Position numbers and translations under genes: made by a program
Source: Macrostomum lignano
Taxonomy: Eukaryota
Length of the DNA: 64,000 nt
Assembly (NCBI GenBank): GCA_002269645.1
Contig: NIVC01000803.1
Location: 62,001 to 126,000, forward strand
Direction of reading: 5' to 3'
Part shown: positions 1 to 12,190 of the stretch, one piece after another
Layout: the number at the start of each line of letters is the position of its first letter
Position numbering within the stretch: position 1 is the stretch's first letter
Notes under the pieces: generated by a model
Seen by the model: the letters and a program-made list of their open reading frames with translations, nothing else
Database searches by the model: none
What the model was told of the DNA's origin: nothing

Positions 1-262
1 GATCGCAGTTGTGCTTGAACACGGCCGCGCCCTCGGCTGGCTGCTTCCGCCACATGGATAGCCACTGGCCGAGTGAGTGACAGGCGTCCTTGTTACCGTC
101 TTGGTAGCAGGCGTAGCTGAACTGGAAGCCCCGTTCGCGCATCTGTTCAACTAGTTCAGACTCCGTCTTCAGCTCCATCAGGCCGTGATCGGGGTTGGCA
201 GGATCGTAATCGGCCGCAGCCTCCAATATTGGGTCATCATCTTCTTCCGGCTTCTTCGACAT
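1..262 (-). CDS. COA7: COA7/SELRC1-like Sel1-repeat protein, 5' part (runs off the left edge of the window)
   Basis: Hand translation from ATG at 262 (alternative ATG at 178): MSKKPEEDDDPILEAAADYDPANPDHGLMELKTESELVEQMRERGFQFSYACYQDGNKDACHSLGQWLSMWRKQPAEGAAVFKHNCD. This matches the COA7 N-terminus pattern (DLKxESxVxEY...CYxExxxxxCxxLxxY...KxFxxAAxVxKxNC). It is absent from the ORF track because no stop falls inside the window. Confidence 0.75.
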   Translation of the reverse strand, partial: MSKKPEEDDDPILEAAADYDPANPDHGLMELKTESELVEQMRERGFQFSYACYQDGNKDACHSLGQWLSMWRKQPAEGAAVFKHNCD

Positions 263-347
263 TGTCTGATGGCGAAGTCGCTGAAGTTTTGCCGATTGGC
301 CAAATACACAGCAATGCAGAATATGTAGGGACAGACGGAATAAATTG

Positions 348-1720
348 CAGGTTGGTGACATGGCAGGTTGGTGAAATGGCAAGTTGGTGAAATGGCAAGT
401 TGGTGAAATGACATGCTAGTGAAATGGCAAGTTGGTGAAATGGCAGGTTGGTAAATGGCAAGTTGGTGAAATGGCAGGTTGGTGAAATGGCAAGGTTGGT
501 GAAATGGCAAGTTGGTGAAATGGCAAGTTGGTGAAATGGCAAGTTGGTGAAATGACATGCTAGTGAAATGGCAAGTTGGTGAAATGGCATGCTAGTGAAA
601 TGGCAGGTTGGTGAAATGGCATGCTAGTGAAATGGCAAGTTGGTGAAATGGCAGGTTGGTGAAATGGCAAGTTGGTGAAATGGCATGCTAGTGAAATGGC
701 AGGTTGGTGAAATGGCAAGTTGGTGAAATGGCAGGTTGGTGAAATGGCAAGAGGGTGAAATGGCAGGTTGGTGAAATGGCATGCTAGTGAAATGGCAGGT
801 TGGTGAAATGGCATGCTAGTGAAATGGCAAGTTGGTGAAATGGCAGGTTGGTGAAATGGCAAGTTGGTGAAATGGCATGCTAGTGAAATGGCAGGTTGGT
901 GAAATGGCAAGTTGGTGAAATGGCAGGTTGGTGAAATGGCAAGAGGGTGAAATGGCAGGTTGGTGAAATGGCAGGTTGGTGAAATGGCAAGTTGGTGAAA
1001 TGACATGCTAGTGAAATGGCAGGTTGGTGAAATGGCAGGTTGGTGAAATGGCAGGTTGGTGAAATGGCAAGTTGGTGAAATGGCATGTTGGTGAAATGGC
1101 AAGTTGGTGAAATGGCATGTTGGTGAAATGGCAGGTTGGTGAAATGGCAGGTTGGTGAAATGGCAAGTTGGTGAAATGGCAAGTTGGTGAAATGGCATGC
1201 TAGTGAAATGGCAGGTTGGTGAAATGGCAAGTTGGTGAAATGGCAAGTTGGTGAAATGGCATGCTAGTGAAATGGCAGGTTGATGAAATGGCATGCTAGT
1301 GAAATGGCAAGTTGGTGAAATGGCAGTTTGGTGAAATGGCAAGTTGGTGAAATGGCATGCTAGTGAAATGGCAGGTTGGTGAAATGGCAAGTTGGTGAAA
1401 TGGCAGGTTGGTGAAATGGCAAGAGGGTGAAATGGCAGGTTGGTGAAATGGCAGGTTGGTGAAATGGCAAGTTGGTGAAATGGCATGTTGGTGAAATGGC
1501 AGGTTGGTGAAATGGCAGGTTGGTGAAATGGCAAGTTGGTGAAATGGCAAGTTGGTGAAATGGCAAGTTGGTGAAATGGCAAGTTGGTGAAATGGCAAGT
1601 TGGTGAAATGGCATGTTGGTGAAATGGCAGGTTGGTGAAATGGCAAGTTGGTGAAATGGCAGGTTGGTGAAATGGCAAGTTGGTGAAATGGCAAGCTGGT
1701 GAAATGGCAGGTTGGTGAAA
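348..1720. repeat. 16-bp minisatellite (GTTGGTGAAATGGCAA; variants GCATGCTAGTGAAATG, GAGGGTGAAATG), about 85 units
   Basis: Unit read directly. The overlapping ORFs have a 16-aa period (three 16-bp units). Confidence 0.95.
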
Positions 1721-2596
1721 AAGCAATCGCATGCTGTTTAAACAGAATGACATTGAATACAGTCTTCCGTTGTCTCATACTCTTAGAATACCTCTGCCAA
1801 AATAAGAAACAAAATTTTCAGTACAGCTACCAAATCACTTATGATAGAAAAGAATCAGTCTGAATTATTATTTAGAGCAAAGCAAAAAATATACATTCGG
1901 CGCCAATGCGAGTGATTACATTTTGGCAAAATCATTATTAGAGACATCACAGAATCCGTACAGAAAACAAACTGACTTTTTATTTATTCAAATTCGCCTT
2001 GTGACAGAACATATGAATAACTTACTTTGATTTGATTAATCATGAAACCATCCCATGTCATTTGATTAGGGAATTAGGGATTCATTAGGGAATTCATTAG
2101 GGAATTCATTAGGGAATTAGTCATGACACTATTTCAAATCATTAGATTAGTCATTACACTATACCAGGCCATTAGATTAGTCATGATACTATCCCAAGCC
2201 ATTGAGTTAGTTATGACACCATCCCAGGTCACTGAAATAGTCATGACACCATCGCAGGTCATTAGATTTTTTATCATTGAAATATAGGATTTGCTTGTAG
2301 GACGCTACGCAACAAGATTAATGCAAAGGTGCATTCGGGAATAATCAAAATTTGATCAGTAATAAAAATTTCAGATTATAATTTACCAAAATTAGCACGC
2401 AGAGAATGTTGGCTTGAAATACAAACGAATTTGATAAGAAATCTCTTTGAATAATTCCACTCACTACTAACAGTAGCGCTAGTATTACTAGACGTTCAAA
2501 ATGGCAGATGCATAAGAATATTGTGATCAGGAAGTCGAAAACAACTTCGAAAGTTAATGCTTTTAATGGGCAAAATTTTCAAACGAAGAAAATGAA

Positions 2597-2798
2597 TCAT
2601 TTCGAAGATTTCGCCTGACTGTAAAACTCCAGCAGGGCATAGGTCGGTATGTAGTTCTCCAGCTTCTTCATAGGCAGCCTAGATAGAAAGCAATAGTCGC
2701 GCAGGAATACCATAGTATGAATGAGGTCTGGCGGGTACTCCGGCTGCTTGCCTCTGCAGGAAAGTGTATTAGAAATTTGTGTATATTTTATTAACTAA

Positions 2799-2881
<83 letters not shown>

Positions 2882-5800
2882 ATAGTAGTAATAGTAGTAG
2901 TAGTAGCAGTAGAAGTAGTAGCAGCAGCAGCAAGCACTCACTGCGGCAGCTGGTCCAACTGTGAGCGCACCACTTTGCCCAGCATAGCCAGCAGGTCTTC
3001 CTGTGTGTCGGAGTGAAACTGCCGCATGACGGTCACGCAGCCGGCAGTGAACGGCATCCCGTCGATGGTGCCAGCCCGTCTGGCTGTGAGAGTTGTGACG
3101 GACTTGTCAAACTGCAGAGCCTGCACAGCGCCACTGATAGCCAGCAGCATCATGGCGGGCATCAGAGGCTGGCTCTCGGTGGTCACGTAGATCTTGCTTA
3201 GCGGCTCGTGCATGCCTGGGCAGGGCGAGGTGAGGTGTGGAATAAGAAAGAAATATACAGAATGTGGCTGTGCACGGACTATCAGAAAAATCTCTCGCCC
3301 CTCACCGTTTGCCTCCAAGAAGGACACCACCTCGAACAGCAGATCGTTGTCCTCGGCCGGGTAGGGCTTAGTGGGGTCCCTGTAGTGCTCGTGAATCTCC
3401 GCTAGCAGAGAGTCGTTTAACGCGCCAAGCACCGCGTGCATGCCCTTGGAGTTGAGCCGGGACGAGCGGCAGAGCTGGCCGGCCAGCTGGCGCCTCAGCA
3501 GCTGCAGCTGTCCAACTCTCAGCAGGCTGTCCGTCAGCTGCTGCAGCTGGCGTTGCAGCCGGCCGGCCGCTCCTGCCAACAGTTTGGCCGGCGGCTGTCC
3601 GGTAGGCAGCAGGCTGTCGAATGGGCGCATCAGGTCGGCTAGGCCGGTCAGCTGATCCACCGCCAGCTTGTCTTTAGTCACGTGACGCTGAAATTGCCTT
3701 AGCAAAGTCTGCAAAGCGCTGACCAGCATGAAGCTGAGCAGGCGGTCCAAGCCGGACAGGCCGAAACTGTCCAGCGCCGTTTCCATGGCGGCCCAGACGC
3801 GCGAGTTCAGGACCTCCTGGCGGGACTTGGCATCGTACCAGGCGGCCATCTGGTCAATGTAGATAGTCTGCTTGGGATCCGTGACGCGCAGCAGCTCAGT
3901 TGCTAAGCGACCAATAAAATTAACGGCCCGATCGCCGGCCGGGGGCGGGAATTTGGGGATCGGGATGGCCTTGGACTGGTAGACCGATTGGAAGTCCTGC
4001 ACCTTCTCGCGCAGGAAGCTGTTGCACTCCTGCTCGACGTTGTAGTTGATAATGCGGCTCACCTGAGGGTTAGGGGGATGCCGAGTACGGGATGAGCTTG
4101 TTAGTGGCGTTCCATGTACGAACTATCGAATAAGAAAGAATAGAAGAAAAAGAAGAAATATGAAGTTGTTTCATTTAGGAGGGCTAATCTTGAGATTACC
4201 CAATAGCTAAAATTCGAATTAGTCTGTCTATCAGCCTGTCTGTCACAATCGGATTATATTCCTTGGTTTTAACAGTTAATAAGAAATTAATCCTTGTGTG
4301 AAAGCTTGGAAACCAAAAACTAGTACACTCATATTTTTTAAGCAACGTCTTGGTACCTTGGTGCGTTTGTCAAAGTTGATTTGGTATAAAGTCTTGGCGG
4401 TCCCTAGTTGTCTGTGACAAAGAGAGCCAGAGACCAACTAAAAGCGGCGCTAAGAGCCAGAAAACCTTTTTTTGGCCTGGTCCACCAAAATCTACGTAAA
4501 ATGATGGTCCAGTTAAACCATGTTCACCTAAACATACATAGATAGCATTTAGCGCCTTTTCAGATTCAAGGAATAGCTAAACAATCTGATACCAGCGGAC
4601 GGCACTGAGAATAGTTTTGCTAGTTTGCTAGTGTGGTCTATCTAAGGCATTATCGAGGGGACCGTAGCCTACTTGTCTGGCGCGGCGCTCTGATGTGCCA
4701 GCGGTCCAGGCTCGATTCCAAGTGCAGTCATTAATTTGGGGCTAAATTGGAATCGCGGCTTGGTCTACTCGTGCAATTAACGTCCTTGAGGGCCAACCCC
4801 CAAGGCACAGTGAAGTGTACATGCCTAACGATAAATAAACTTAGGGCCGCTGTACACTCCTGTGTGAGTGTGTGCCTGTTGTGCGTATGACAGCGTACGT
4901 ATCCGCGCGCTTGTGTGCCTGCTCAGGGGAGTCGGTGGAATGGGCAGCAATGCCTCTTGCCGGTTGTGTGACAATGTCGCTTAAAGTGCGCCATCTGGGT
5001 GCACAGCCCCTGCCTCTAATAAGGCATTATCAAATAAACAGTCCATCTAAACAAACGTACGTATGCGTTCTTGTGTGTCCGTGTCTATCTATGTGCCTTA
5101 GCGTCTTTCTGTCCTGATGTCTAAGTGGTAAATTCTAATCAAGCACCAAATAGAGTCCCAGTACCTCCTCCTGCCAGATCTTCAGCCCGTAGATATTGAC
5201 ATAGTCCTGAATGTACTCAAATGACCGCCTGAAGCCGTCCATGCGCTCGCCTAGCGCCAGCAGCCGGGCCTGCAGCTCATTAGCTCTGCCAGCCTTCGGA
5301 TTAGCCGGGAAGATGAGCGCCTCGTGCAGAGCGAAAGCCACCTGCGCAACCAGCTCCTTCCTAATGCCGTCCTCCAGCAGCTTCTGCGGGTCCAGCTTCA
5401 CAATGCCGACTAGGGTGGTCTTCATCGCCAGGATGCCCTCGCTGAATGTAGAAATCTCGTGGGTGAGCTGTGACACCTGGTAGCGCTCCTCCAGCATGCC
5501 GTAGTCCTTCACCTTGTCCTTGTCCAGCCGGGTTGGCAGCTCCTTCAGCTTGTGCGTCTGGATGCTGATGATCTCCGCTAGGCGCTTGAACATGGTCTTG
5601 GGGATCACCTGGGAGTGGAGGGGCTCACTGCTGTCAGACATGGGCTAGGTTAGCAATCCATTCTATTCCTTTATCCATTTTGGCTAGGTTAGCAATCCAT
5701 TCTATTCCTTTATCCATTTTGGCTAGGTTAGCAATCCATTCTAATCCTTTATCCATTTTGGCTAGATTAGTAATCCATTTTAATCCTTTATCCATGTTGG

Positions 5801-8800
5801 CTAGGTTAGCAATCCATTCTATTCCTTTATCCATATTGGCTAGGTTAGCAATCCATTCTAATCCTTTATCCATATTGGCTAGATTAGTAATCCATTTTAA
5901 TCCTTTATCCATGTTGGCTAGATTAGCAATCCATTCTATTCCTTTATCCATATTGGCTAGATTAGTAATCCATTTTAATCCTTTATCCATGTTGGCTAGA
6001 TTAGCAATCCATTCTAATCCTTTATCCACGTTGGCTTGATTAGCAATTCATTCTAATCCTTTATCCATTTTGGCTAGATTAGCAATCCATTCTAATCCTT
6101 TATTAATATTGGCTAGATTAGCAATCCATTCTAATCCTTTATCCATATTGGCTAGATTAGCAATCCATTCTAATCCTTTATCCATATTGGCTAGATTAGC
6201 AATCCATTCTAATCCTTTATCCACGTTGGCTTGATTAGCAATCCATTCTAATCCTTTATCCACGTTGGCTGGATTAGCAATCCATTCTAATCCTTTATCC
6301 ACGTTGGCTAGGTTAGCAATCCATTCTAATCCTTTATCCACGTTGGCTGGATTAGCAATCCATTCTAATCCCTTATTCATGTTGGCTAGATAAGCAATCC
6401 TATATAATAAAATCCAATCTAATCTTTTATCCATGTTGGCTAGATTAGCAATCCAGTATATTACCTCATTTATGATAGATTAGAACTCGATTCTATCTCA
6501 ATAAATAAATGATACTCGTAACTTAACTAGTTGCTAGAAAAATCTAAATAGACTAATATCAAGGCGCTAAGGCTCACCTGAAGCACCTTACGAACATAGG
6601 TGACTAACTCGGCAGAATAGTACTGGCTAACGCTAGCCAGATCAGGACTATTAGCCTGGCTAATTCTCAACAGCGGCTGCTCCATAGCAGTGGCCAGCTT
6701 GAGAAACATGGCCTTGAGCTGGATAGTAATGCGGGGTTGCGCTGTATGCCGACCTGCATAAAGTTAGTGTAGGTGTCAATAATGACCCAGGCGTAGCTCA
6801 GGTCGGCCACAATGTCCAGATGGAGCAGCACCTCCTCTTTAACGTTGATGATGCGCATCATCTGGTAGAGCTTGGCGCAGGTCTCCTGCAGGAATTGCAC
6901 AACCTGCATGTTGGCGTCCAGCTGATGAAATTCTTGAACCTCGCGCAGCGCCTGCATCAGCTGGTCGACTTTCCGACCGGATTCGGTAGCGTTAGCGAAG
7001 TCCAGCTTGTCCACCTGCGAGCAAAAGCAGTGTTTGCGCTTTCAGAACTGCTTTAAAGATTTTACCTTCCCTGATAGAGAGCGCCACCTCAGATAGCGCC
7101 ATCTTAGACAGCACCAGCTCAGGTAGCGCCACCTTAGCGCCGTCAAGAATCAAGCTAACCTTGGTCGATAGGGCTATTTTGGCCACTATTTTTCAGTTAG
7201 AGACAGAGGGGCTGTGTGCACCCAGATGGCGCACTTCAAGCGACATTGTCACACAACCGGCGAGAGGCATTGCTGCCCATTCCGCCGACTCCCCTGAGCA
7301 GGCACACAAGCGCGCGGATACGTACGCAGTCATACGCACAGGCACACACTCACACAGGAGTGTACAGCGGCCCTAAGTTTATTTATCGTTAGGCATGTAC
7401 ACTTCACTGTGCCTTGGGGGTTGGCCCTTAAGGGCGTTAATTGCACGAGCAGAGCCAAGATTCCAATTTAGCCCCAAATTAATGTGAATGCATTAACTTA
7501 ATGGTTTAATTTTTCTTATTAGTCTAGTTTATTTATTTTAATGTAATTAATTTAATTTGTAATGAGCCTGGGCCACTGGCACATCAGAGCACCGCGCTAG
7601 ACCACTGAGCTACGGCCCCCTACAGCGCCACCATGGATGGCGCCATCAAATGCGAAGCGCCGCTCAAAAGCAGCTGCTTCAAGTATGACCAGATCCACTA
7701 TTATATTCATAGTGAAGATTATTACCTGAGCGGCCAAATTGGCGAACCAATCCTGCAGTTTAGCGTTGGCAGCCACCCTCGTTAGGGGTTTGGTGCCGCT
7801 AAACACGTCGCTGAGCTCGCGCAATCGTTCAGAGCACTCCACCTTTAAAGCCTCCCAGGTGTCCGCCTTGCGGCTGAGTATGCCTGTGTATGTATGCATG
7901 AGTCTGATTAAATCAGATTTTCACGTCCGGTAACCACACGTTTCCGTCAACTCTCAAGATCTTTCAGTCCTGCCCCGCTCTCTCCGTTTCTGTCCCGCTC
8001 TCTCTCCGTTTCTGTCCCGCTCTCTCTCCGTTTCTGTCCCGCTCTCTCTCCGTTTCTGTCCCGCTCTCTCTCCGTTTCTGTCCCGCTCTCTCTCCGTTTC
8101 TGTCCCGCTCTCTCTCCGTTTCTGTCCCGCTCTCTCTCCGTTTCTGTCCCGCTCTCTCTCCGTTTCTGTCCCGCTCTCTCTCCGTTTCTGTCCCGCTCTC
8201 TCTCCGTTTCTGTCCCGCTCTCTCTCCGTTTCTGTCCCGCTCTCTCTCCGTTTCTGTCCCGCTCTCTCTCCGTTTCTGTCCCGCTCTCTCTCCGTTTCTG
8301 TCCCGCTCTCTCCGGTTCCTGTCCCACTCTCTCTGTTTCCTGTCCCGCTCTCTCCGGTTCCTGTCCCACTCTCTCTGTTTCCTGTCCCGCTCTCTCCGGT
8401 TCCTGTCCCGCTCTCTCTGTTTCCTGTCCCGCTCTCTCTGTTTCCTGTCCCACTCTCTTCCCACTCTCTCCGGTTCCTGTCCCACTCTTTCCATTTCCTG
8501 TCCCGCTCTCTCCGGTTCCTGTCCCACTCTTTCCATCTCCTGTCCCGCTCTCTCCGGTTCCTGTCCCACTCTTTCCATTTCCTGTCCCACTCTCTCCGGT
8601 TCCTGTCCCACTCTTTCCATTTCCTGTCCCGCTCTCTCCGGTTCCTGTCCCGCTCTCTCTGTTTCCTGTCCCACTCTCTCCGGTTCCTGTCCCACTCTTT
8701 CCATTTCCTGTCCCACTCTCTCTGTTTCCTGTCCCACTCTCTCTGTTTCCTGTCCCACTCTTTCCATTTCCTGTCCCGCTCTCTCCCGTTTCTGTCCCGC

Positions 8801-11800
8801 TCCCTCTGTTTCCTGTCCCACTCTCTCCGGTTCCTGTCCCACTCTCTCTGTTTCCTGTCCCGCTCTCTCCGGTTCCTGTCCCACTCTCTCTGTTTCCTGT
8901 CCCGCTCTCTCCGGTTCCTGTCCCGCTCTCTCTGTTTCCTGTCCCGCTCTCTCTGTTTCCTGTCCCACTCTCTTCCCACTCTCTCCGGTTCCTGTCCCAC
9001 TCTTTCCATTTCCTGTCCCGCTCTCTCCGGTTCCTGTCCCACTCTTTCCATCTCCTGTCCCGCTCTCTCCGGTTCCTGTCCCACTCTTTCCATTTCCTGT
9101 CCCACTCTCTTCGGTTCCTGTCCCACTCTTTCCATTTCCTGTCCCGCTCTCTCCGGTTCCTGTCCCGCTCTCTCTGTTTCCTGTCCCACTCTCTCCGGTT
9201 CCTGTCCCACTCTTTCCATTTCCTGTCCCACTCTCTCTGTTTCCTGTCCCACTCTCTCTGTTTCCTGTCCCACTCTTTCCATTTCCTGTCCCGCTCTCTC
9301 CCGTTTCTGTCCCGCTCCCTCTGTTTCCTGTCCCACTCTCTCCGGTTCCTGTCCCGCTCTCTCTGTTTCCTGTCCCGCTCTCTCCGGTTCCTGTCCCACT
9401 CTCTCCGGTTCCTGTCCCGCTCTCTCCGTTTCCTGTCCCGCTCTCTCCTTTTACGCAGAATGCCCTGTATTACCTCATCCCAATCAAAGGTTATCTGCAA
9501 TTCTTTCTCTATAAGCTGGTTTCTTAGCCCTAGTTTGAGTTCAAAGTTCTGGCGGGCACCAACCAGTTAAAACCTCCTTGAGCCGGAACTCAAACTGAGC
9601 AGTCAGCAGCAACAGCTGGAACAGCTGCTCCCCATTGAACCGACTGTCGGACAGCACTGAGTCGCGCAGCTGCTTGCACAGCCGGCTTCGCTCCTGCGGC
9701 GGAGACAACGGAGTCGTGTGCAGCATCAGCCAGCGAAGCGTCACATTGCAGTCTCGGGCCGCATTGAGCAACTGTGGAATCCGGTCCAACACCAGATTCT
9801 CAACCAAAACGCCTTCCTTTAATAAGTCGGCAGTGCGGGCAAGCAGCTCGCCGACTTTGGCGCCGTGCATAGCGGCCTGCGTATTGTTCAGTTTGAATGG
9901 CTTTCCGTTAGTGTCGGGTTGGAAAAGTACAGTAGATACTTTATTTTACACCAATACACTCAAAGCGACATCAGCAACCAATTCATCTAGGCAACATCAG
10001 TGACCAATAAACCCTTGGCAACCTAAGCAACTAATTCACCTTAACAACATCAGTGACCAAAAAACCCTTGGCAGCATCAGTGACCAGTATAGTCAACATC
10101 AGTGACCAATTAGCCCTTAGCAACATCAGTGACCAAAACCCCAAAGCAGCATCAGTGACCAAAACCTCAAAGCAGCATCAGTGACCAATATAGCAATATC
10201 AGTGACTAATATAGCAATATCAGTGACCAATAAACTCAAAGCAGCATCAGTGATCAATAAACTCAAAGCAGCATCAGTGACCAATAAACTCAAAGCAGCA
10301 TCAGTGACTAATATAGCAATATCAGTGACCAATAAACTCAAAGCAGCATCACTGACCAATATAGCAACATCAGTGACCAATAAACTCAAAGCAGCATCAG
10401 TGATCAATATAGCAACATCAGTGACCAATAAACTCAAAGCAGCATCAGTGACCAATAAACTCAAAGCAGCATCAGTGACCAATAAACCCAAAGCAGCATC
10501 AGTGACCAATAAACTCAAAGCAGCATCAGTGACCAATAAACTCAAAGCAGCATCAGTGACCAATATAGCAACATCAGTGACCAATAAACTCAAGCAGCAT
10601 CAGTGACCAATAAACTCAAAGCAGCATCAGTGACCAATAAACCCAAAGCAACATCAGTGACCAATAAACTCAAAGCAGCATCAGTGACCAATAAACTCAA
10701 AGCAGAATCAGTGACCAATATAGCAACATCAGTGACCAATAAACTCAAAGCAGAATCAGTGACCAATATAGCAACATCAGTGACCAATAAACTCAAAGCA
10801 GCATCAGTGACCAATATAGCAACATCAGTGACCAATGCACATCTCGTACGTAAAACCAGTGACCAAAATATTAATAAATTGATAGCAAAATCGGTGACCA
10901 ATAAATCAACCCTATGTTTATTTAAATCAGCTGATTCTAAAAAACCCACCTGCCGCTTAGCATTAGGCAGCGCAATGGAATTAGCGAGAGCCTTAGCCGC
11001 CGCCTTGTACGGCTGCCAGGCCTCGGCCAAGTTGACCAGCATGCCCATGTGCAGCGACAGTACCCAATTATCCGGAAAGAATTTGTCAACAATTTCTCGC
11101 ATTTTCGCCTCCTCCAGGTGCAGCAGATCTGGACTAAAATACAAACAGACGTATAGCATAGCAGCCTGGTGAGCCAGGGCGGTGCTCCGGTGCTCGGGAA
11201 AGGGGAACGAAGCCACCATGCTGTACACATCGTCAGACCTCAGCCTATCAATGACCATCTGTACGAATCGGGGGTTAATCGGCACCCGGCTAAAATAACT
11301 CTCCGGATATTTGGCCGGCCGGCGGGCGTGCGGCGAGCTCGGATCGTACTCTGTACTGCGCAGCAGCTTGCACACGTCATCAATTTGAGTGCTGCTCCCG
11401 CTGGAGTGCCTGTAGTAAGCTACTAGCAGGCGTTCGCGCAACGGACCGGGAAATTTGGCCTCCACAGTCAGTAGCATGATGCCGTATAAGGCTAGCGATT
11501 CGCATAGCAACTGTTTGCCCTCCGGGTTAAGCAGCACAGTCTCCAGCATCTGCTGCACGTAGATACCATTCTCCAGGTCGCTCAGGTAAGTATTCAGCTT
11601 AATAACATAGCTATAGACGCTTTCAAAGGTCTTATAGAATCGAGTCAATATCTCCAGGTGATTCTCGCGGAACTCCTCATCTAAGTCTTGCAATTCGGCT
11701 CGGGATTGAATTTTGTTTTCAAAGAATTCCGGAGTGCGCAGATATTCGAAATCGAATATGATCTCGTGATAGCGCTGGCTCTCCGCATTAGTCTCCTGCT

Positions 11801-11921
11801 TGAAAGCGTTCGGCACAAATGCTGACAGGTTTAACAGTTCTGAGATGATGCTGGAACCGCTGGATACAATTTTGAGCAGATTCCTGCCGCACAGATTACC
11901 CTCAGCTAGGAAGTCGCTCAT
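2597..11921 (-). CDS. WASHC5: WASH complex subunit 5 (strumpellin/KIAA0196), about 1170 aa, 8 coding exons
   Basis: Exons (minus): 11921-10950, 9876-9564, 7883-7726, 7014-6578, 5608-5165, 4062-3306, 3215-2942, 2753-2597. All introns are GT-AG with compatible phases. Peptides [86 protein letters not shown] and the C-terminal KQPEYPPDL...[18 protein letters not shown] are collinear with strumpellin. Exon 4 is 437 nt (one base short) with a frameshift near 6721-6729. Confidence 0.95.
2796..2930. repeat. (TAG)n microsatellite in the last WASHC5 intron
   Basis: About 40 TAG/AGT units grading into AGC, between the donor at 2941 and the acceptor at 2754. Confidence 0.95.
4657..5019 (+). mobile_element. 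tRNA-derived SINE, full length, with 14-bp TSD
   Basis: tRNA-like head GGGGACCGTAGCCTACTTGTCTGG...GGCTCGATTCC. Flanked by TAAGGCATTATCGA (4643-4656) and TAAGGCATTATCAA (5020-5033). A second copy lies at 7197-7620. Confidence 0.8.
5640..6455. repeat. 39-bp minisatellite (GGCTAGATTAGCAATCCATTCTAATCCTTTATCCATATT) in WASHC5 intron 4
   Basis: About 20 units; 13-aa period in the spurious ORFs. Confidence 0.95.
7197..7620 (-). mobile_element. Second copy of the tRNA-SINE, inverted relative to 4657-5019
   Basis: 7200-7480 is the reverse complement of about 4735-5015 with few mismatches. The head GGGGGCCGTAGCTCAGTGGTCTAGCGCGG is at 7620-7592. An AT-rich insert at about 7485-7565 disrupts the B-box region. 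Confidence 0.8.
7965..9450. repeat. Compound 22-bp/21-bp pyrimidine-rich minisatellite (CCGTTTCTGTCCCGCTCTCTCT / CCGGTTCCTGTCCCRCTCTCT) in WASHC5 intron 2
   Basis: A homogeneous 22-bp block at about 7965-8305 is followed by 21-bp variants, including an internally duplicated block of about 540 bp. Confidence 0.95.
9965..10900. repeat. 27-bp/21-bp minisatellite (CAGTGACCAATAAACTCAAAGCAGCAT / CAGTGACCAATATAGCAACAT) in WASHC5 intron 1
   Basis: Units read directly; degenerate at both edges. Confidence 0.95.
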
Positions 11922-12190
11922 CTGTAATTTAATTGCTTTTTTAATCATCTTTCTTAAATAATTCACACTCATTTTTACTAACAGTAGCAGGTTGATAAAA
12001 ATCCTATGTCCATTTGAGTTTTTTATACACTAATTTTCTTTTATTCTTACCGTCAGTAGGCAGAGATGCACACAATTTTATTACTAGCTATTGATTTCAC
12101 CTGACTCTAATTTATGTATTGGAGAATAATCATAGTAAAAACTGGATGGACATTCTAGGCTCTTTACTACTCATAGCTTATGTACAATAA

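Noticed and set aside
178-1778. Long ORFs such as 560..1753 (PFHQLAISPTCHFTNL repeats)
   Set aside because: Translation of a 16-bp minisatellite; open in several frames and with no non-repetitive domain.
2779-2964. Poly-Ser ORF
   Set aside because: (AGT)n intronic microsatellite on the antisense strand.
3216-3305. 30-aa insertion in strumpellin ([10 protein letters not shown]...SPCP)
   Set aside because: It is a 90-nt in-frame GT-AG intron; removing it restores EANG/MHEPL collinearity.
4657-4730. tRNA genes at 4657, 7620, 33223 and 63617
   Set aside because: A and B boxes are present but cloverleaves are incomplete, and each continues into a dispersed repeat body; treated as SINE or repeat heads.
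7947-9500. 517-aa charged ERDR/GQE repeat ORFs
   Set aside because: They lie inside WASHC5 intron 2 and are open in three frames simply because the unit lacks stops. The VIQGILRK resemblance to exon 3 gives a stop in the spliced phase.
10590-10949. Hydrophobic LLVTDAALS tail on the first WASHC5 ORF (possible membrane anchor)
   Set aside because: Read-through of a good GTGGGT donor into an intronic 27-bp array; strumpellin homology resumes at 9876.
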